A stretch of 64,000 bases of DNA, taken from contig NIVC01000085.1 of the NCBI GenBank assembly GCA_002269645.1, positions 992,001 to 1,056,000 on the forward strand, in the 5' to 3' direction. This DNA is from Macrostomum lignano (lineage: Eukaryota). Positions within the stretch are counted from its first letter, which is position 1; the number at the start of each line of letters is the position of its first letter. Under the pieces are notes generated by a model. The model saw only the letters and a program-made list of their open reading frames with translations, did not search any database and was not told the DNA's origin. This document shows, piece by piece, positions 48,350 through 63,306 of the stretch. Made by a program: the position numbers and the translations under genes.

Positions 48350-50576
48350 CTGAAATCGGGGATTTCAGTTTTTTTTTACAATTCGTTTAGCATTCTACAA
48401 CACAATCGTGCACGACAAAACATCAAAGAAGATTTTGACAATCGCCACTAGGGTTGAGCACTTTCTTTATCCGTGCAGCAAACTGAAAACTGTCTCTCAC
48501 ACTGGCTAACAACATGCTGCCGTTACCGCCACCGCCGACGCTGCTGCCTCCAACACCTGCGCTGCCGCCGCCGCCGAGGTAGCAGGAGCCCCTGGCAGCT
48601 GGCGAGAGCAGCAGGCTGTAGGCCGACTCCAACTGCAAGTCCGTCTTGCTGCCGCTCTGCTTTCAATGCTGCTACTAAAAGAGCTTCGATCTCCCGACTC
48701 GTCGTCGACAGCAACAACGAAAATCTGGATGCCTCTCCGAGTTTAGCTTGGCTCTGTTGCTCTTCCCTCAGAAAGTCTGGCGCGCGACTCAAGCAAGCAG
48801 ACCCTGCCACCCAGAATCCTTTTGTCACCCCGGCTGACAGGGTGGGGGCAAAGGGAATGATGGAGAATGACGGGCCGGATTGGCGAGGGGGCTGCCAACA
48901 AAGCGAGCTGCTATGAGCTGGGAAAGAGACGCGGAGCGGATGAACGGTGAGTCTGGATACTGCTGGCGGCGCTGCAGGAGGGCGGTTGGCTGTGGGGATT
49001 CTGGGCAGACGATTGGGTGCTGGGACGAGGATAAGGGGTTGATGGAATTGAGACGCTGTGAGCAGTGCAACAGGCCTCAGCGGTATCCAAGAAGGCAGGG
49101 GTTGAGGCGGCTTGTGTGTGCCCTCGAGGTAGAATTTGAGTCGGCAGCTTTGGGGTAGCGACCTGATACGGGGCCGGATCTTTTTAGCTTCTTGTGCGAG
49201 AAATAAGAGGGGCATGAGGCAGGGCACGGCAAACTGCGGGGGTGAGGGGCGGGAAGAGGAAGAGGCAGCGACTCAAAATTCTGTGGCGTTGAACAGAGAA
49301 AGTAGAGAGAGGCAGTGAGGAGAAGAGAGAGAGCAGCTGCCGTTGCTTTTTTCCTTTTTACTTTTTTGGTCCACACCCAACCGAGCATCAGGTCTGAGAC
49401 GTGCTGCATTTATCCCAAAGCTCCCGGGCTGTGGGCTGGCCCGTATCCTTTTCCTCTTAATGCCCCGAGAGCTCCTCCCGGCCCCCAGCCCTCCATCCGT
49501 TCATTGCCCCTCGGGTGGCTTCTTCCTCGCACTCAGCAAGCGAGGCTTTGAGAGCGCGGCTAAGAAGAGGGCCTCCCTGCCAATGCTTTTTGTTCAGGGA
49601 CAGCTGCTTACTGAGAATATTGTAGCAATAAAGCAGCAGGCTCTCATCACTCCCTGTTGCAGCCAGTCGCTCATTTACCTTCGATATTGCCTCTCCACGC
49701 AGCCCCCTCGCTTGTTTTCCCCTCTCCATCATCCATCCTTTTTAATTCTGCAACCCCGTCGCTCAGATTGATAGCAGCTGCGCACCTGCTCTCACATCCT
49801 GCTCTATCTTGATAGTGCAATATGCAGTTTTCTAATATTTCACAAGCATGAATGAATTTCCAGTGAGAATCCCAGTTTCCCTCTATCTAGCCTCTGCCGG
49901 AGAACAGACTCTTGCTGGGAGACGGACGTTCGGACGTTTCCAGCGCGTATTTTGCTGACCTCGGAGCAAATCGCAGAAAAAGAAGGCAAACAACCCGTGG
50001 CTGTTGCTGGCGATAAGATCTGCCCCCCCCCCACACAGAGAGAGAGAGAGAGGATACAGATATAAAGATGAAGGAATAACGGAACTAGTGTGAGAACCGC
50101 GTCAGGCCAAGATACGGAGAAACAGCTTGGCCATTGGGGAATTACATGCATGCTGGCGGGAAATGTGCCGGTGCGAGATCAGGCTGCCCAAGGCCCAAGC
50201 TTAACTCCGACTGGCAGCTGTGGGGATCGCGGAAGGTGGTTCAGCAGCAGCGGCTTATCTCCCCTCTCGGTCCTGCCCTCCTCATCCTCCTCTCCTCCTC
50301 CTCCGTGAGCCGCACCTGTATACACACGAGCCTGTTCTCCTCCATCCCTGTCTCGTGTTCTCAAGCTCTGAGTCAGCCCTGCATGTCTAGCAAGGTAATA
50401 TCAAGCACGTGAGGAATAATTTCTTTCATTTCCCCCCCTTCTTCCTGTTGCTATGGGGCTTAAGGGGAATCGACGGAGTACTGCATCGTAGCTGCGGGCT
50501 CGCTGGTAACAGGTTTTCCTGTCACTGCTTTTATCAACTGCTTGTCACCTGCTTTAATCACTACTGCTGCTGTCCC

Positions 50577-51232
<656 letters not shown>

Positions 51233-52009
51233 GAGAGCAGTAGTGTGAAAAGAACAGCGAGATTCCGTCAGCAAAGAAACCATTTTTTCAGCCACAGTCG
51301 GCACGGATTTGAAATTTCACGCCAGCTCGGGACCAGCCGGAGCCCCAGTGCGATCTCCATTTTCATTTTCTCGCTCGGCTCGGCGTGGGCAATCCGATTA
51401 CCGGCTGAGGGGGGCGTCCGAGGCCCCCCAGAGGGCCGGCCGCGCGGGGCTATTCGAGTAATTTCATTTTTTTGTTCAACTTCTCTGCCCCATTCAAGCC
51501 GACAACGGCACCTTCCCTGGTTGCCATCCGAGCTCATTTTGCATATTCTACTTCTTTTTTTGCGCCTCTCAGCCATTCTCCTGGGGAGTTTTCACGGCCT
51601 ACATGTAATTTTTTTCATGATACAATGATCTGCCGAATAGTGGCGAACTTTTCTGTTGTATAGTTTTGTTTAAATTAGAACAGAATTTCCACGTAGTTTT
51701 ACTGCTAGTAGTGCAGTTGGATAACAAGCGCTGCGATAGAAAACCACCCGCTTGCTACAAAGGCGTTCTTGCGCTTCTTTATTTTGCTTTTTTGAGTGCC
51801 AATTTAAGTGCATCAAGTGCCATTTGTCAATAAGCTGAAGCTTGCAGTCTGCCGTAACGTTCCAGTATCGCTTCGTTCTTTGTAGATAAAATCGCTTTTG
51901 AACAATAATTACCCACCTACGCAATTTGATTCAATGCCCAAATATAGAAGTCAAAACCGCAGTCACGAAATCGGCTGTCAAAAATTGACTCTTGATTCTG
52001 CCTACATCC

Positions 52010-52735
52010 TCTGCCCCCCCCCCTAAATCCGCCCCTAAATCCGTCCGCCTATATCCGTCCCACAAATATATCTCTAAATCCGCCCATAAATCCGCCCTTA
52101 ACTCCATCCTCTGAGCCCTAATTCTGCCCCTTAATCCATCCCTAAATCCGCCCTTAAATTGTCCCTAAATCCACCCTTAAATCCATCAAAAAAAATCCGC
52201 CCTTAAATCTATCTCTAAACCCGCCCCTAAATCTGCCTTTAAATCCATCCTCTGCCCCCCAAATCCGCCTCTACATCCGCCCCTAAATTTATCCTTAAAT
52301 CTGCTCTTAAACTATTCTCTGCCCCCAAAATCCATCCCACTATATCCGTCCCCTAAATATATCTCTAAATCCGCCCTTAAATTCATCCCTAAATCTGCCC
52401 TTAAATCTGCCCTTAAATCCATCCTCTCTCCCCTAAATCCGCCTCTACATCCGCCTTTAAATTCATCTCTAAATCTGCCCTTAAATCCATACCTTAATCC
52501 GCCCCTAAATCCGCCCTTAAATTGTCCCTAAATCCACCCTTAAATCCATCAAAATATCCGCCCTTAAATTCATCTCTAAATCCATCCCTAAATCTGCCTT
52601 TAAATCCATCCTCTGCCCCCTAAATCCGCCTCTGCATCCGCCCCTAAATCCGCCCTTAATCAATCCCTAAATCCGCCCCTTAATCTGCCCCTAAATCAGC
52701 CCTAAATCCAGCCCTGAATCCATTCTTAAAACACG
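52010..52735. repeat. Diverged 12-bp satellite
   Basis: Unit CCGCCCCTAAAT and variants. Confidence 0.88.
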
Positions 52736-52766
52736 CCCCAAATCGCCAGAAACAGCCGCTGCTCAC

Positions 52767-52849
52767 CCCGGGCAGGGTTCGCTTCTCATGCAGGCCGCCC
52801 TGGCACCTGATGGCGGACTCTCTCTGCAGGTAGGTGAGGAAGGCACAGC
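52767..52849 (-). CDS. CELF: CELF gene, exon 2 (RRM1, RNP1)
   Basis: ccattgcag|GC...GGG|gtgagc, 83 nt; [28 protein letters not shown]; absent from the ORF track. Confidence 0.93.
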
Positions 52850-53384
52850 CTGCAATGGAGAAAAATAAACGAGACTTCAGACGCCTTCAATTGGATCTTC
52901 AGCAACTTGCTGAAACAGGGTAAAAAGCAGAAAAATTTCAAAGCAGAAACGCTATTTTGAATTTCCAGAGTCCCCCCGCACCGATCAATTGTTTTGCTTT
53001 TCCGAGACGTTTTTTTTCCTGAGACTGCAGGTGCATTGTTGCGCTACGGCCTGGCTTGAAAGCGAAGTAGTTTTTTCATAGAAAAATACCCGATCCGCTG
53101 GGGACTGCAGAGAGGATACACAAAGGGCCAAGGGAAATCGAAGAACAGCCTCTGAGGCTGACAAAGCAAATGAGAGAGGCAAGTGCTTTGCTTTCATTAT
53201 TTCTACTAATAGAAACCAATTGAAGCGTTGAAGCTCTAAATGGTGGGAGTGGGGCGAAATTCTGCTACTGACTGCACTGCCGCTTGCTGCCTCTGCTCCT
53301 GGAACAGACGATTTAACAACCGTAATGCAAGTCTTGTTTGAACTGCTCACTCTAAATCTCTGTGCCACTCTCTCCCTCATCTCT

Positions 53385-54560
53385 TCACTCTCTCCATCTC
53401 ACCCATCCATCTCACTCTCCCTCTCACTCAATCTCACGCTCCTTCTCACTCCATCTCACTCTCCCTCTCACTCCATCTCACTCTCCCTCTCACTCAATCT
53501 CACGCTCCTTCTCGCTCCATCTCACTCTCCCTCCCGCTCTATCTCACTCTCCCTCTCGCTCCATCTCACTCTCCCTCTCACTCAATCTCACGCTCCCTCT
53601 CATTCCATCTCACTCTCCCTCTTGCTCCATCTCACTCTCACTCTCCCTCTCACTCCATCTCACTCTCCCTCTCACTCCCTCTCACTCTCCCTCTCGCTCC
53701 ATCTAACTCTCCCTCTCGCTCAATCTCACTCTCCCTCTCACTCCATCTCACTCTCCCTCTCACTCCATCTCACTCTCCCTCTCACTCTATCTCATTCTCC
53801 CTCTCACTCCATCTCACTCTCCCTCTCACTCAATCTCACGCTCCTTCTCGCTCCATCTCACTCTCCCTCCCGCTCTATCTCACTCTCCCTCTCGCTCCAT
53901 CTCACTCTCCCTCTCACTCAATCTCACGCTCCCTCTCATTCCATCTCACTCTCCCTCTTGCTCCATCTCACTCTCACTCTCCCTCTCACTCCATCTCACT
54001 CTCCCTCTCACTCCCTCTCACTCTCCCTCTCGCTCCATCTCACTCTCCCTCTCGCTCCATCTCACTCTCCCTCTCACTCTATCTCACTCTCCCTCTCACT
54101 CCATCTCACTCTCCCTCTCACTCTATCTCATTCTCCCTCTCACTCCATCTCACTCTCCCTCTCACTCCATCTCACTCTCCCTCTCACTCCATCTCACTCT
54201 CCCTCTCACTCCATCTCACTCTCCCTCTCACTCCATCTCACTCTCCCTCTCACTCCATCTCACTCTCCCTCTCACTCCATCTCACTCTCCTTCTCACTCA
54301 ATCTCACGCTCCTTCTCGCTCCATCTCACTCTCCCTCTCACTCTATCTCACTCTCCCTCTCACTCCATCTCACTCTCCCTCTCGCTCCATCTCATTCTCC
54401 CTCTCACTCCATCTCACTCTCCCTCTCACTCCCTCTCACTCTTCCTCTCGCTCCATCTCACTCTCCCTCTCACTCCATCTCACTCTCCCTCTCACTCCAT
54501 CTCACTCTCCCTCTCACTCCATCTCACTCTCCCTCTCGCTCCATCTCACGCTCCCTCTCA
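53385..54560. repeat. 22-bp CT-rich minisatellite with an internal ~336-bp block duplication
   Basis: Unit CTCACTCTCCCTCTCACTCCAT; the same run of variants starts at 53495 and 53831. Confidence 0.92.
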
Positions 54561-55195
54561 CTCAAATGAAATGGCGCCCCACTCAAATGAAATGGCGCCC
54601 CACTCAAATGAAATGGCGCCCCACTCAAATGAAATGGCGCCCCACTCAGATGAAATGGCGCCCACTCAAATGAAATGGCGCCCCACTCAAATGAAATGGC
54701 GCCCCACTCAGATGAAATGGCGCCCACTCAAATGAAATGGTGCCCCACTCAAATGAAACGGCGCCCCACTCAAATGAAATGGCGCCCCACTCAAATGAAA
54801 TGGCGCCCCACTCAAATGAAATGGCGCCCCACTCAGATGAAATGGCGCCCACTCAAATGAAATGGTGCCCCACTCAAATGAAACGGCGCCCCACTCAGAT
54901 GAAACGGCGCCCCACTCAAATGAAATGGCGCCCCACTCAAATGAAATGGCGCCCCACTCAAATGAAATGGCGCCCCACTCAAATGAAATGGCGCCCCACT
55001 CAAATGAAATGGCGCCCCACTCAGATGAAATGGCGCCCACTCAAATGAAATGGTGCCCCACTCAAATGAAACGGCGCCCCACTCAGATGAAACGGCGCCC
55101 CACTCAAATGAAATGGCGCCCCACTCAAATGAAATGGCGCCCCACTCAAATGAAATGGCGCCCCACTCAAATGAAATGGCGCCCCACTCAGATGA
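54560..55195. repeat. 21-bp minisatellite with higher-order variant blocks
   Basis: Unit CACTCAAATGAAATGGCGCCC. Confidence 0.95.
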
Positions 55196-55794
55196 AAGAC
55201 CCTGGCTTCGCTCGGATATTTTGCCCCTTAATCTCCATGTTTTCATTGTCTGTGGATTTATTTTGCATCTTTAAACCCAGCTTTATTGGGCAATTCCCCA
55301 TCTCCCTCTCCTCCTTCTCTACTCAGGGGCGGCAGCTGCAGAGCGGCAGTCCGCTACACCTCCTTCGCTGCTCCCGAACAAAAATCTATTTTTCAGCGCC
55401 AGATTTTTTTCAAAAGGGGAAATTTCATTTCCTGAACCGCTGGGAGAAGGCTCGACTCGACCTTCGAGGCCTCGAGATCCCAGCGGCACGAAATGGGACG
55501 AGGAGACAGATGAAGCAGATTAAGACTGATGAAGCTGCTAGCGGCGGCAGGATTCTGGGCCCGATGCCAGCTCTCTTCATCCTTTACTCTTCCTTCCCGT
55601 ATTTTCCCAATTTTTCCCAGTGCCTCCCCTGTCGGGAGCGGGGTATACATTTTAATTAATATTCAATTGGCGCTCAGCCCCAGTGTGATCAGGGTTTTCA
55701 TCAAGCCTGGGAGAGACGCTAGGATGCAGCCTTCCTTTTTTGGTTATTTTAGTTGGCTTGCAGATTTTCTCCTATCTGATTTGAGCACTCGCTA

Positions 55795-55915
55795 ATGAGC
55801 TGGCAAATGAGCTGAAAAATGAGCTGTCAAATGAGCTGTTAAATGAGCTATTGAATGAGCTGTCAAATGAGCTGGCAAATGAGCTGGCAAATGAGCTGGC
55901 AAATGAGCTGGCAAA
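55795..55915. repeat. 12-bp minisatellite
   Basis: Unit AAATGAGCTGGC. Confidence 0.88.
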
Positions 55916-56059
55916 TTATGGGTCTGAATAACGATTTAATCCAACCACGACAGAGCAGTTAACAAACTCTAAATTGAGCATCTAGTTCTAGTTCTCAAAT
56001 AATTTGGTTTAAATAAAACCATAGGTTAAAATACCTGTTTGAAGACACCGGTAAAAATT

Positions 56060-56525
56060 CCCGGTTCAAAACACACAGGCGAAAATACCCGATTCAAAAC
56101 ACACAGGTGAAAATACCCGGTTCAAAACACACAGGCGAAAATACCCGATTCAAAACACACAGGTGAAAATACCCGGTTCAATATACACAGGTGAAAATAC
56201 CCGGTTCAATATACACAGGTGAAAATACCCGGTTCAAAACACACAGGCGAAAATACCCGATTCAAAACACACAGGTGAAAATACCCGGTTCAAAACACAC
56301 AGGTGAAAATACACGGTTCAAAACACACAGGTGAAAATACCCGGTTCAAAACACACAGGTGAAAATACCCGGTTCAAAACACACAGGCGAAAATACCCGA
56401 TTCAAAATACACTGTACACAGGTGAAAATACCCGGTTCAATATACACAGGTGAAAATACCCGGTTCAAAACACACAGGCGAAAATACCCGGTTCAAAACA
56501 CACAGGTGAAAATACCCGGTTCAAA
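56060..56525. repeat. 28-bp minisatellite
   Basis: Unit AAAACACACAGGTGAAAATACCCGGTTC. Confidence 0.93.
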
Positions 56526-57539
56526 ACGAGAGATCGCCAAACAGAGCTTAATAAACAAGATGGCAGATTTAATCAATAATTTTCAGACACGTCTCAACAA
56601 ACCAGAGCCGGGGCAGTCGCAGGAATGCTAATGAAGCACCTGTTGCCGCTTGCTGTGAGGATTTGCGACTGCTAACAATCACAAGCAGGCTTTAATCCCA
56701 TCTCACCCGCTGACAGCCCAGCCATCTGTGCTGGGAATTGCAAACGAGTTCATTTATTCTCTGCCATAAATATATTTAAGTCACGGAAAATATTCGGCAT
56801 GACCCGATGAGCCTCTTGTTTAGGGATTTCTCCCTTATTTCCAGGTGATAAAAGACGCACGAGAGACAGGGGAGACGCAGTTCGTGTCCCGGATTGAATT
56901 TGGCCACTTGCTCTTCTGTCTCCATCCTGCCGAGTAGGAAACGTGTGAAATACTCACTGTCAGCCCTAAGAAAAAAAAAGTTTTTAAGCTACGATTTTCC
57001 AGCCTCAGCAATATCTCCCTGGGCTAGCTGCTCCGCTCAGCCTGAGCTGTCCTCAGCAGCTCCCAGTGAGAAGATGCATTAGGGACCCCCCCTGTGACCC
57101 CCATTGGCAAATATTTGCCCTGCCCCATCTTCCACTTTAGTCTGGGAAAAAGAAAAACTCCTCTGACTTCGTTTTGGCTGCTGGTGAAACTGCGGAAGGC
57201 TCTCAGTCATATTCTGTCCGCCCCATCAGTGCTGCTCAGAGCTTCTGCGGCTTCAGGGGCCGTCTGCCGGCCAGTTCTCACAGCTGCCTCTGCAAGATTA
57301 TCTGGCAAATCAACCTTTAGTTGAAAGCGATAAGAAATCCGCCAGGATGCCAGGTGAATTTCGACAGCTGCTGAAATTTAGCACTGCACAGCTCTGAGGC
57401 AGCTGGGGCTTCCGGCATCTCAACAGCTGCGGAGTCCGGGGATGCTCTTGAACTCGGATTTACAGCCCTCTGGTCTGCTCAAAACACCTGCTAGTGATAA
57501 CTTGTACCTTAGCACCATTGTCGCGGTTCCTATCCGTCC

Positions 57540-57566
57540 CCTCTCTCCCCTCTCCCCTCTAACCTC

Positions 57567-57611
<45 letters not shown>

Positions 57612-58140
57612 TCTATCCTTTCGCCTCGCTCCAACTCTCCCCTCTCCCCTCTTACCTTTCCCCTCTCCCCTCTCCCCTCTCCCCTCTTACCTTTCCCCTC
57701 TCCCCTCTCTCCTCTCCCCTCTTACCTTTCCCCTCTCCCCTCTCTCCTCTCCCCTCTTACCTTTCCCCTCTCCCCTCTCTCCTCTCCCTCTCCCCTCTTA
57801 CCTTTCCCCTCTCCCCTCTCTCCTCTCCCCTCTCTCCTCTCTCCTCTCCCCTCTCCCCTCTTACCTTTTCCCTCTCCCCTCTCCCCTCTCCCCTCTTACC
57901 TTTCCACTCTCCCCTCTCCCCTCTTACCTTTCCCCTCTCCTCTCTCCTCTCCCCTCTACCTTTCCCCTCTCATCTCTCCCCTCTCCCCTCTCCCCTCTTA
58001 CCTTTCCCCTCTCCCCTCTTACCTTTCCCCTCTCCCCTCTTACCTTTCCCCTCTCCCCTCTTACCTTTCCCCTCTCCCCTCTTACCTTTCCCTCTCCCTC
58101 TCCCCTCTCCCCTCTCCCCTCTCCCCTCTCCCCCTCTCTC
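57540..58140. repeat. CT-rich degenerate repeat
   Basis: CCCTCTCCCCTCTTACCTTT-like units. Confidence 0.88.
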
Positions 58141-58673
58141 TCCTTCCTCTCGCCTCGCTCCAACTCTTCCTCTCTACCCACTCGCAGCCTCTTTTTTACC
58201 TCCTCTTCAACTCTAGTAATTTTGACTATGTCCTCATCGCATTCACCAATATTTTGCCAATTCACTAAATTAATTTCATAAGAAAAAAGCATCTTTGACA
58301 TTCTAAGAAAACCCCAGCTAATTATTTTAATTAACAAATTTTCTCTAATCACGCTAAAACGCGCAGTAATCATTCTTTCATTGTCAGATGCTTACATTGT
58401 CAGATGGAACAAAGAATTTTTTATTACTCAAGATTGAATTGCGAGAATTCTAGCTGGGAGCCTTGTTTCAGTATCTGTGATGGCAGATTTAATTGAATTT
58501 TTTCACTTTTCTCGATTAGGAAAACTGCCACGCCCAGAGCAGGGAATTTGATGAAAGCTTAAATTAATGAATTGTAACTGCATGTCATAACCACGATACA
58601 AGACATTGCAGCTCAAGCATAACGGCCTTGTTCCATTTAATTTTTTGCTTGCAGCAACAAAGCAATTAGGTGA

Positions 58674-59304
58674 ATCCTAGATCCCAGATCCTAGATCCCA
58701 GATCCTAGATCCCAGATCCTAGATCCCAGATCCTAGATCCCAGATCCTAGATCCCAGATCCTAGATCCCAGATCCTAGATCCCAGATCCTAGATCCCAGA
58801 TCCTAGATCCCAGATCCTAGATCCCAGATCCTAGATCCCAGATCCTAGATCCCAGATCCTAGATCCCAGATCCTAGATCCCAGATCCTAGATCCCAGATC
58901 CTAGATCCCAGATCCTAGATCCCAGATCCTAGATCCCAGATCCTAGATCCCAGATCCTAGATCCCAGATCCTAGATCCCAGATCCTAGATCCCAGATCCT
59001 AGATCCCAGATCCTAGATCCCAGATCCTAGATCCCAGATCCTAGATCCCAGATCCTAGATCCCAGATCCTAGATCCCAGATCCTAGATCCCAGATCCTAG
59101 ATCCCAGATCCTAGATCCCAGATCCTAGATCCCAGATCCTAGATCCCAGATCCTAGATCCCAGATCCTAGATCCCAGATCCTAGATCCCAGATCCTAGAT
59201 CCCAGATCCTAGATCCCAGATCCTAGATCCCAGATCCTAGATCCCAGATCCTAGATCCCAGATCCTAGATCCCAGATCCTAGATCCCAGATCCTAGATCC
59301 CAGA
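58674..59304. repeat. Perfect 14-bp dimeric repeat, ~45 copies
   Basis: (ATCCTAG-ATCCCAG)n, with no variant seen. Confidence 0.97.
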
Positions 59305-59571
59305 TTTTAGACTGGTAATATCTCCTTATCTTTTTCGTTGATTAATACGAGTAAGTAAAGAAGTTGGTTTGCCAGATTTCAGTGCTCTCTCTAGCTGCTT
59401 TTGTAGCAGCCAGCGGCTTTAATTTTTATAGAAAAGCTCATTTCCTGTTTTTTTACTGGGTCTCCTTTTATAAAAAATTATTAGGCCAAAAATGAGGCTG
59501 GTAAGATGCGTACGCACCTGTAGGTTTGGGTATGCATTCAACTAATACGGGGTCACCCACGAATGTACGTC

Positions 59572-60310
<739 letters not shown>

Positions 60311-61374
60311 CACAGACATCAGGACTGTAGGTGTAATATACTCGTACAGGACCGAGAATTAGAGATATCTAGGATGAAGGAGGAGAGAATCTGAGATGAA
60401 GGAAGACTCTGGGAGAAGACAGGACAGAATAGAACACCGGAAGGAATCTGAGATGCAAGCAGAGACAATGAAGGCCGCAAGCAGGACTCAGTAAAACCAG
60501 GAAGTCATTGCTAGACACGGCAGAGGTATTAATTTTACAATGAGATTAAAGCAGGCTCCCCCAAGGTGACTCGGATGGCAATTTCTGCTTGGCAAAGCTG
60601 AAACGAGAAGCAGAATTTGTTTGAATCCTTTTGAAACCCAAGCCAGCCAGGATCCCCTCTGCCTTAAAAAAGCCGCCAGCCCACTTTATCCAGTGCGCAG
60701 CGTCAGGTGCCCAAAACGAGCATCGGAGAAGACAGAAATACATCATCAGGCGAGGCTCATTGCGCTGAATTTCAGCTTCTGACGGCTGACTCGCCTGCCT
60801 GACTCGGTCGGGGCCGGTTCCGGGGGAACTGATTGAGACCCGATCTGCAGGCAGGTGAAAGCTGAGCAGCATTCTGCTTTCTGCTCAGCACTGCCCTCCC
60901 CTTTCCAGCCTCCCAAGGCGCATTAATTTTAATTTCCTACTGAAAAGCTCGCGTCTCGGCTGCTGCAGTCTTCATTTTCCACTCTGCCTGTCGTTTTGTT
61001 CTCGCTGGTCTTTCTGGTTCAAAGGGTCAATAATAATAATAATAATAGTAGTAATAATCATATTAATTGCAGGAGGACAGTTGGAACCATGGCGCAACAT
61101 CTCCGGCGAAATCCTCCAACAACCAACGCTCATTCTGCTGATCCTCACGGCTCTGAATCACAAGAAAAACCTCAACTTAATCTGGCCTCTCACGGGATCA
61201 GGGGTCGTGTGGAGCAAGAGTCGGGCGCCTTTACCGCCAAAGCTGCTCTGCCAAAGGCTTCTGATGAATGTTTTGTTGCTATGTGAGTTTGTTTTCTTTT
61301 TTCTTGGGTTCTGCTTCGTGCTTATAATTTCAGCCCTATTTCAGCTATTTTCTCCACCTTTTCTTCCCTCTCTT

Positions 61375-61685
61375 CTCAACTCACTCCTCTCTCCTCCCTC
61401 TTCTCTCCTCCCTACTCTCAGTTTCTCCTCTCCTCTCTCCTCCCCACTCTCCTCTCTCCTTTCCTCTCTGCTCCCCTCTCTCCCCTCTCTTCTCAACTCT
61501 CTTATCAACTCTCTCCTCTCTCCTCTCCTTTCTCCTCCCCTCTCTCCTCCTCTCTCTTCTCCCCTCTCTCCCCTCTCTTTTCAACTCTCTCCTCTCTCCT
61601 CTCCTTTCTCCTCTCCTCTCCCCTCCCCTCTCTTCTCCCCTCTCTTCTCTCTTTTTCTCTCTCTCCTCTCCCCTCCTCTCCTCCC
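61375..61685. repeat. CT-rich low-complexity tract
   Basis: Direct reading of the sequence. Confidence 0.85.
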
Positions 61686-62269
61686 CTTTATCAATCTTAT
61701 CCCTCAACAATTGGAACAAAACATTCCGTTTCTGAAGTCAAGACGGCACACCGAGTTCTAAGCCAGTTTCACCTGTAGTTCACTTTTTTTATGTCTATAT
61801 CAAATCGCATTTTTCAAAAATTATTCCACTCACATCAACCTGCCAAGTTGCATTACGGGCGATGCATTGACAAAAATGATTTGGAATTTATTCACCAACA
61901 CAGATAGATAAAGAAAGTAGACAGGGAGGCTGAGAATGGCAGTGAGGGATGGCCTCATCCGCTGAGCTCACCGCGCCCCTCTCCCCGTGACCGTCCTGTA
62001 GGCAGCCGCAGCGGAAGTCACCCGTCAGAGGCTTTAAGAGAGGAACTGCGGGGAGAGGATCTGCCCGAGCTCATCCACCCAGCTCCCTGGCCGGCTGGGT
62101 GAGTCCAGTCTGTGTGTGTTTGTGTGCTTCTACTGTCATCGGGGCCGGCTGGGTTGCCTCTTCTTTGAACTCTCTGATATTTTATTACCTTTTGCTGCCA
62201 CCTTTGCTTGTTTGAAGCAAAGAAAATTGAATTCGGCTTGAAGTGAAACACTGGCTGGTCTGTGTAACA

Positions 62270-62790
62270 GGTGACACACTAGACAAACAGGTGTCTAACA
62301 GGTGAGACTTCTGTCTAACAGGTGAGACTCCTGTCTAACAGGTGAGACTTCAGTCTAACAGGTGAGACTCCTGTCTAACAGGTGAGACTCCTGTCTAACA
62401 GGTGAGACTTCTGTCTAACAGGTAAGACTCCTGTCTAACAGCTGACACCCTAGTCTAACAGGTTAGACTTCTGTCTAACAGTTGAGACTTCTATTTAACA
62501 GGTGAGACTTCTGTCTAACAGGTGAGACTTCTGTCTAACAGGTGAGACTTCAATCTTACAAGTGGGACTTCTGTCTAACAGGTGAGACTTCAATCTTACA
62601 AGTGGGACTTCTGTCTAACAGGTGAGACTTCAATCTTACAGGTGAGACTTCTGTCTAACAGGTGAGACTTCTGTCTAACAGTTGAGACTTCTGTCTAACA
62701 GGTGAGACTTCTATCTAACAGGTGAGACTTCTGTCTAACAGGTGAGACTCCTGTCTAACAGGTAACACACTAATTTAACAGGTGATACAC
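62270..62790. repeat. 20-bp minisatellite
   Basis: Unit TAACAGGTGAGACTTCTGTC. Confidence 0.93.
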
Positions 62791-63095
62791 TACACTGTAT
62801 TCAGCTTTAAACAACCAGTTTAAGTAACATTTTGAAAGAGAAAGCATGACAAAGCGCTCAGCCCTCCGGATTAGGTGCTGCAAAAACAGCTCATGTTTTC
62901 CACACCTATAAAAGCCTATGAGTAAAAAAACGTTGCTTTTTCAAATTCACAAAAGCATGCTGGCATCAAATTCGATGCACTTTGAGTACTTAGGCATAAT
63001 CTCTATGTCTAGCATGCATTCATGAGAACACTGATACAGAGAAACAAAAATAGATACTGGTTTACGATTTCGAATTAAGAACTTCGACAACTCAC

Positions 63096-63306
63096 CTTTG
63101 TGAACGCCAGTGAACTTGTCCTTGAGCACGGTCAGCTCCAGGATCGCGCCGAACTCCTCAAACAGCGGTCGCAGATCGTCCTCCTCCATGGACCGGGGGA
63201 TCTGGCCGACGAACAGCTTGATGCGTTCCCCCGACTTGCCGCCTCCCGTGGCGGCGGAGGCCACCGCGAGTTCCTGTCCGTTCGATGTGCTCACCCCGCT
63301 TACCAT
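63096..63306 (-). CDS. CELF: CELF gene, exon 1 (start of RRM1)
   Basis: GCCATGG start at 63306 (the ORF-track start at 63402 is GTG); [44 protein letters not shown]; donor AAAG|gtgagt, phase 1. Confidence 0.92.

Noticed and set aside
48523-49227. 234-aa ORF nested in CELF intron 2
   Set aside because: No domain signature and overlapping ORFs in several frames, as expected for GC-rich sequence.
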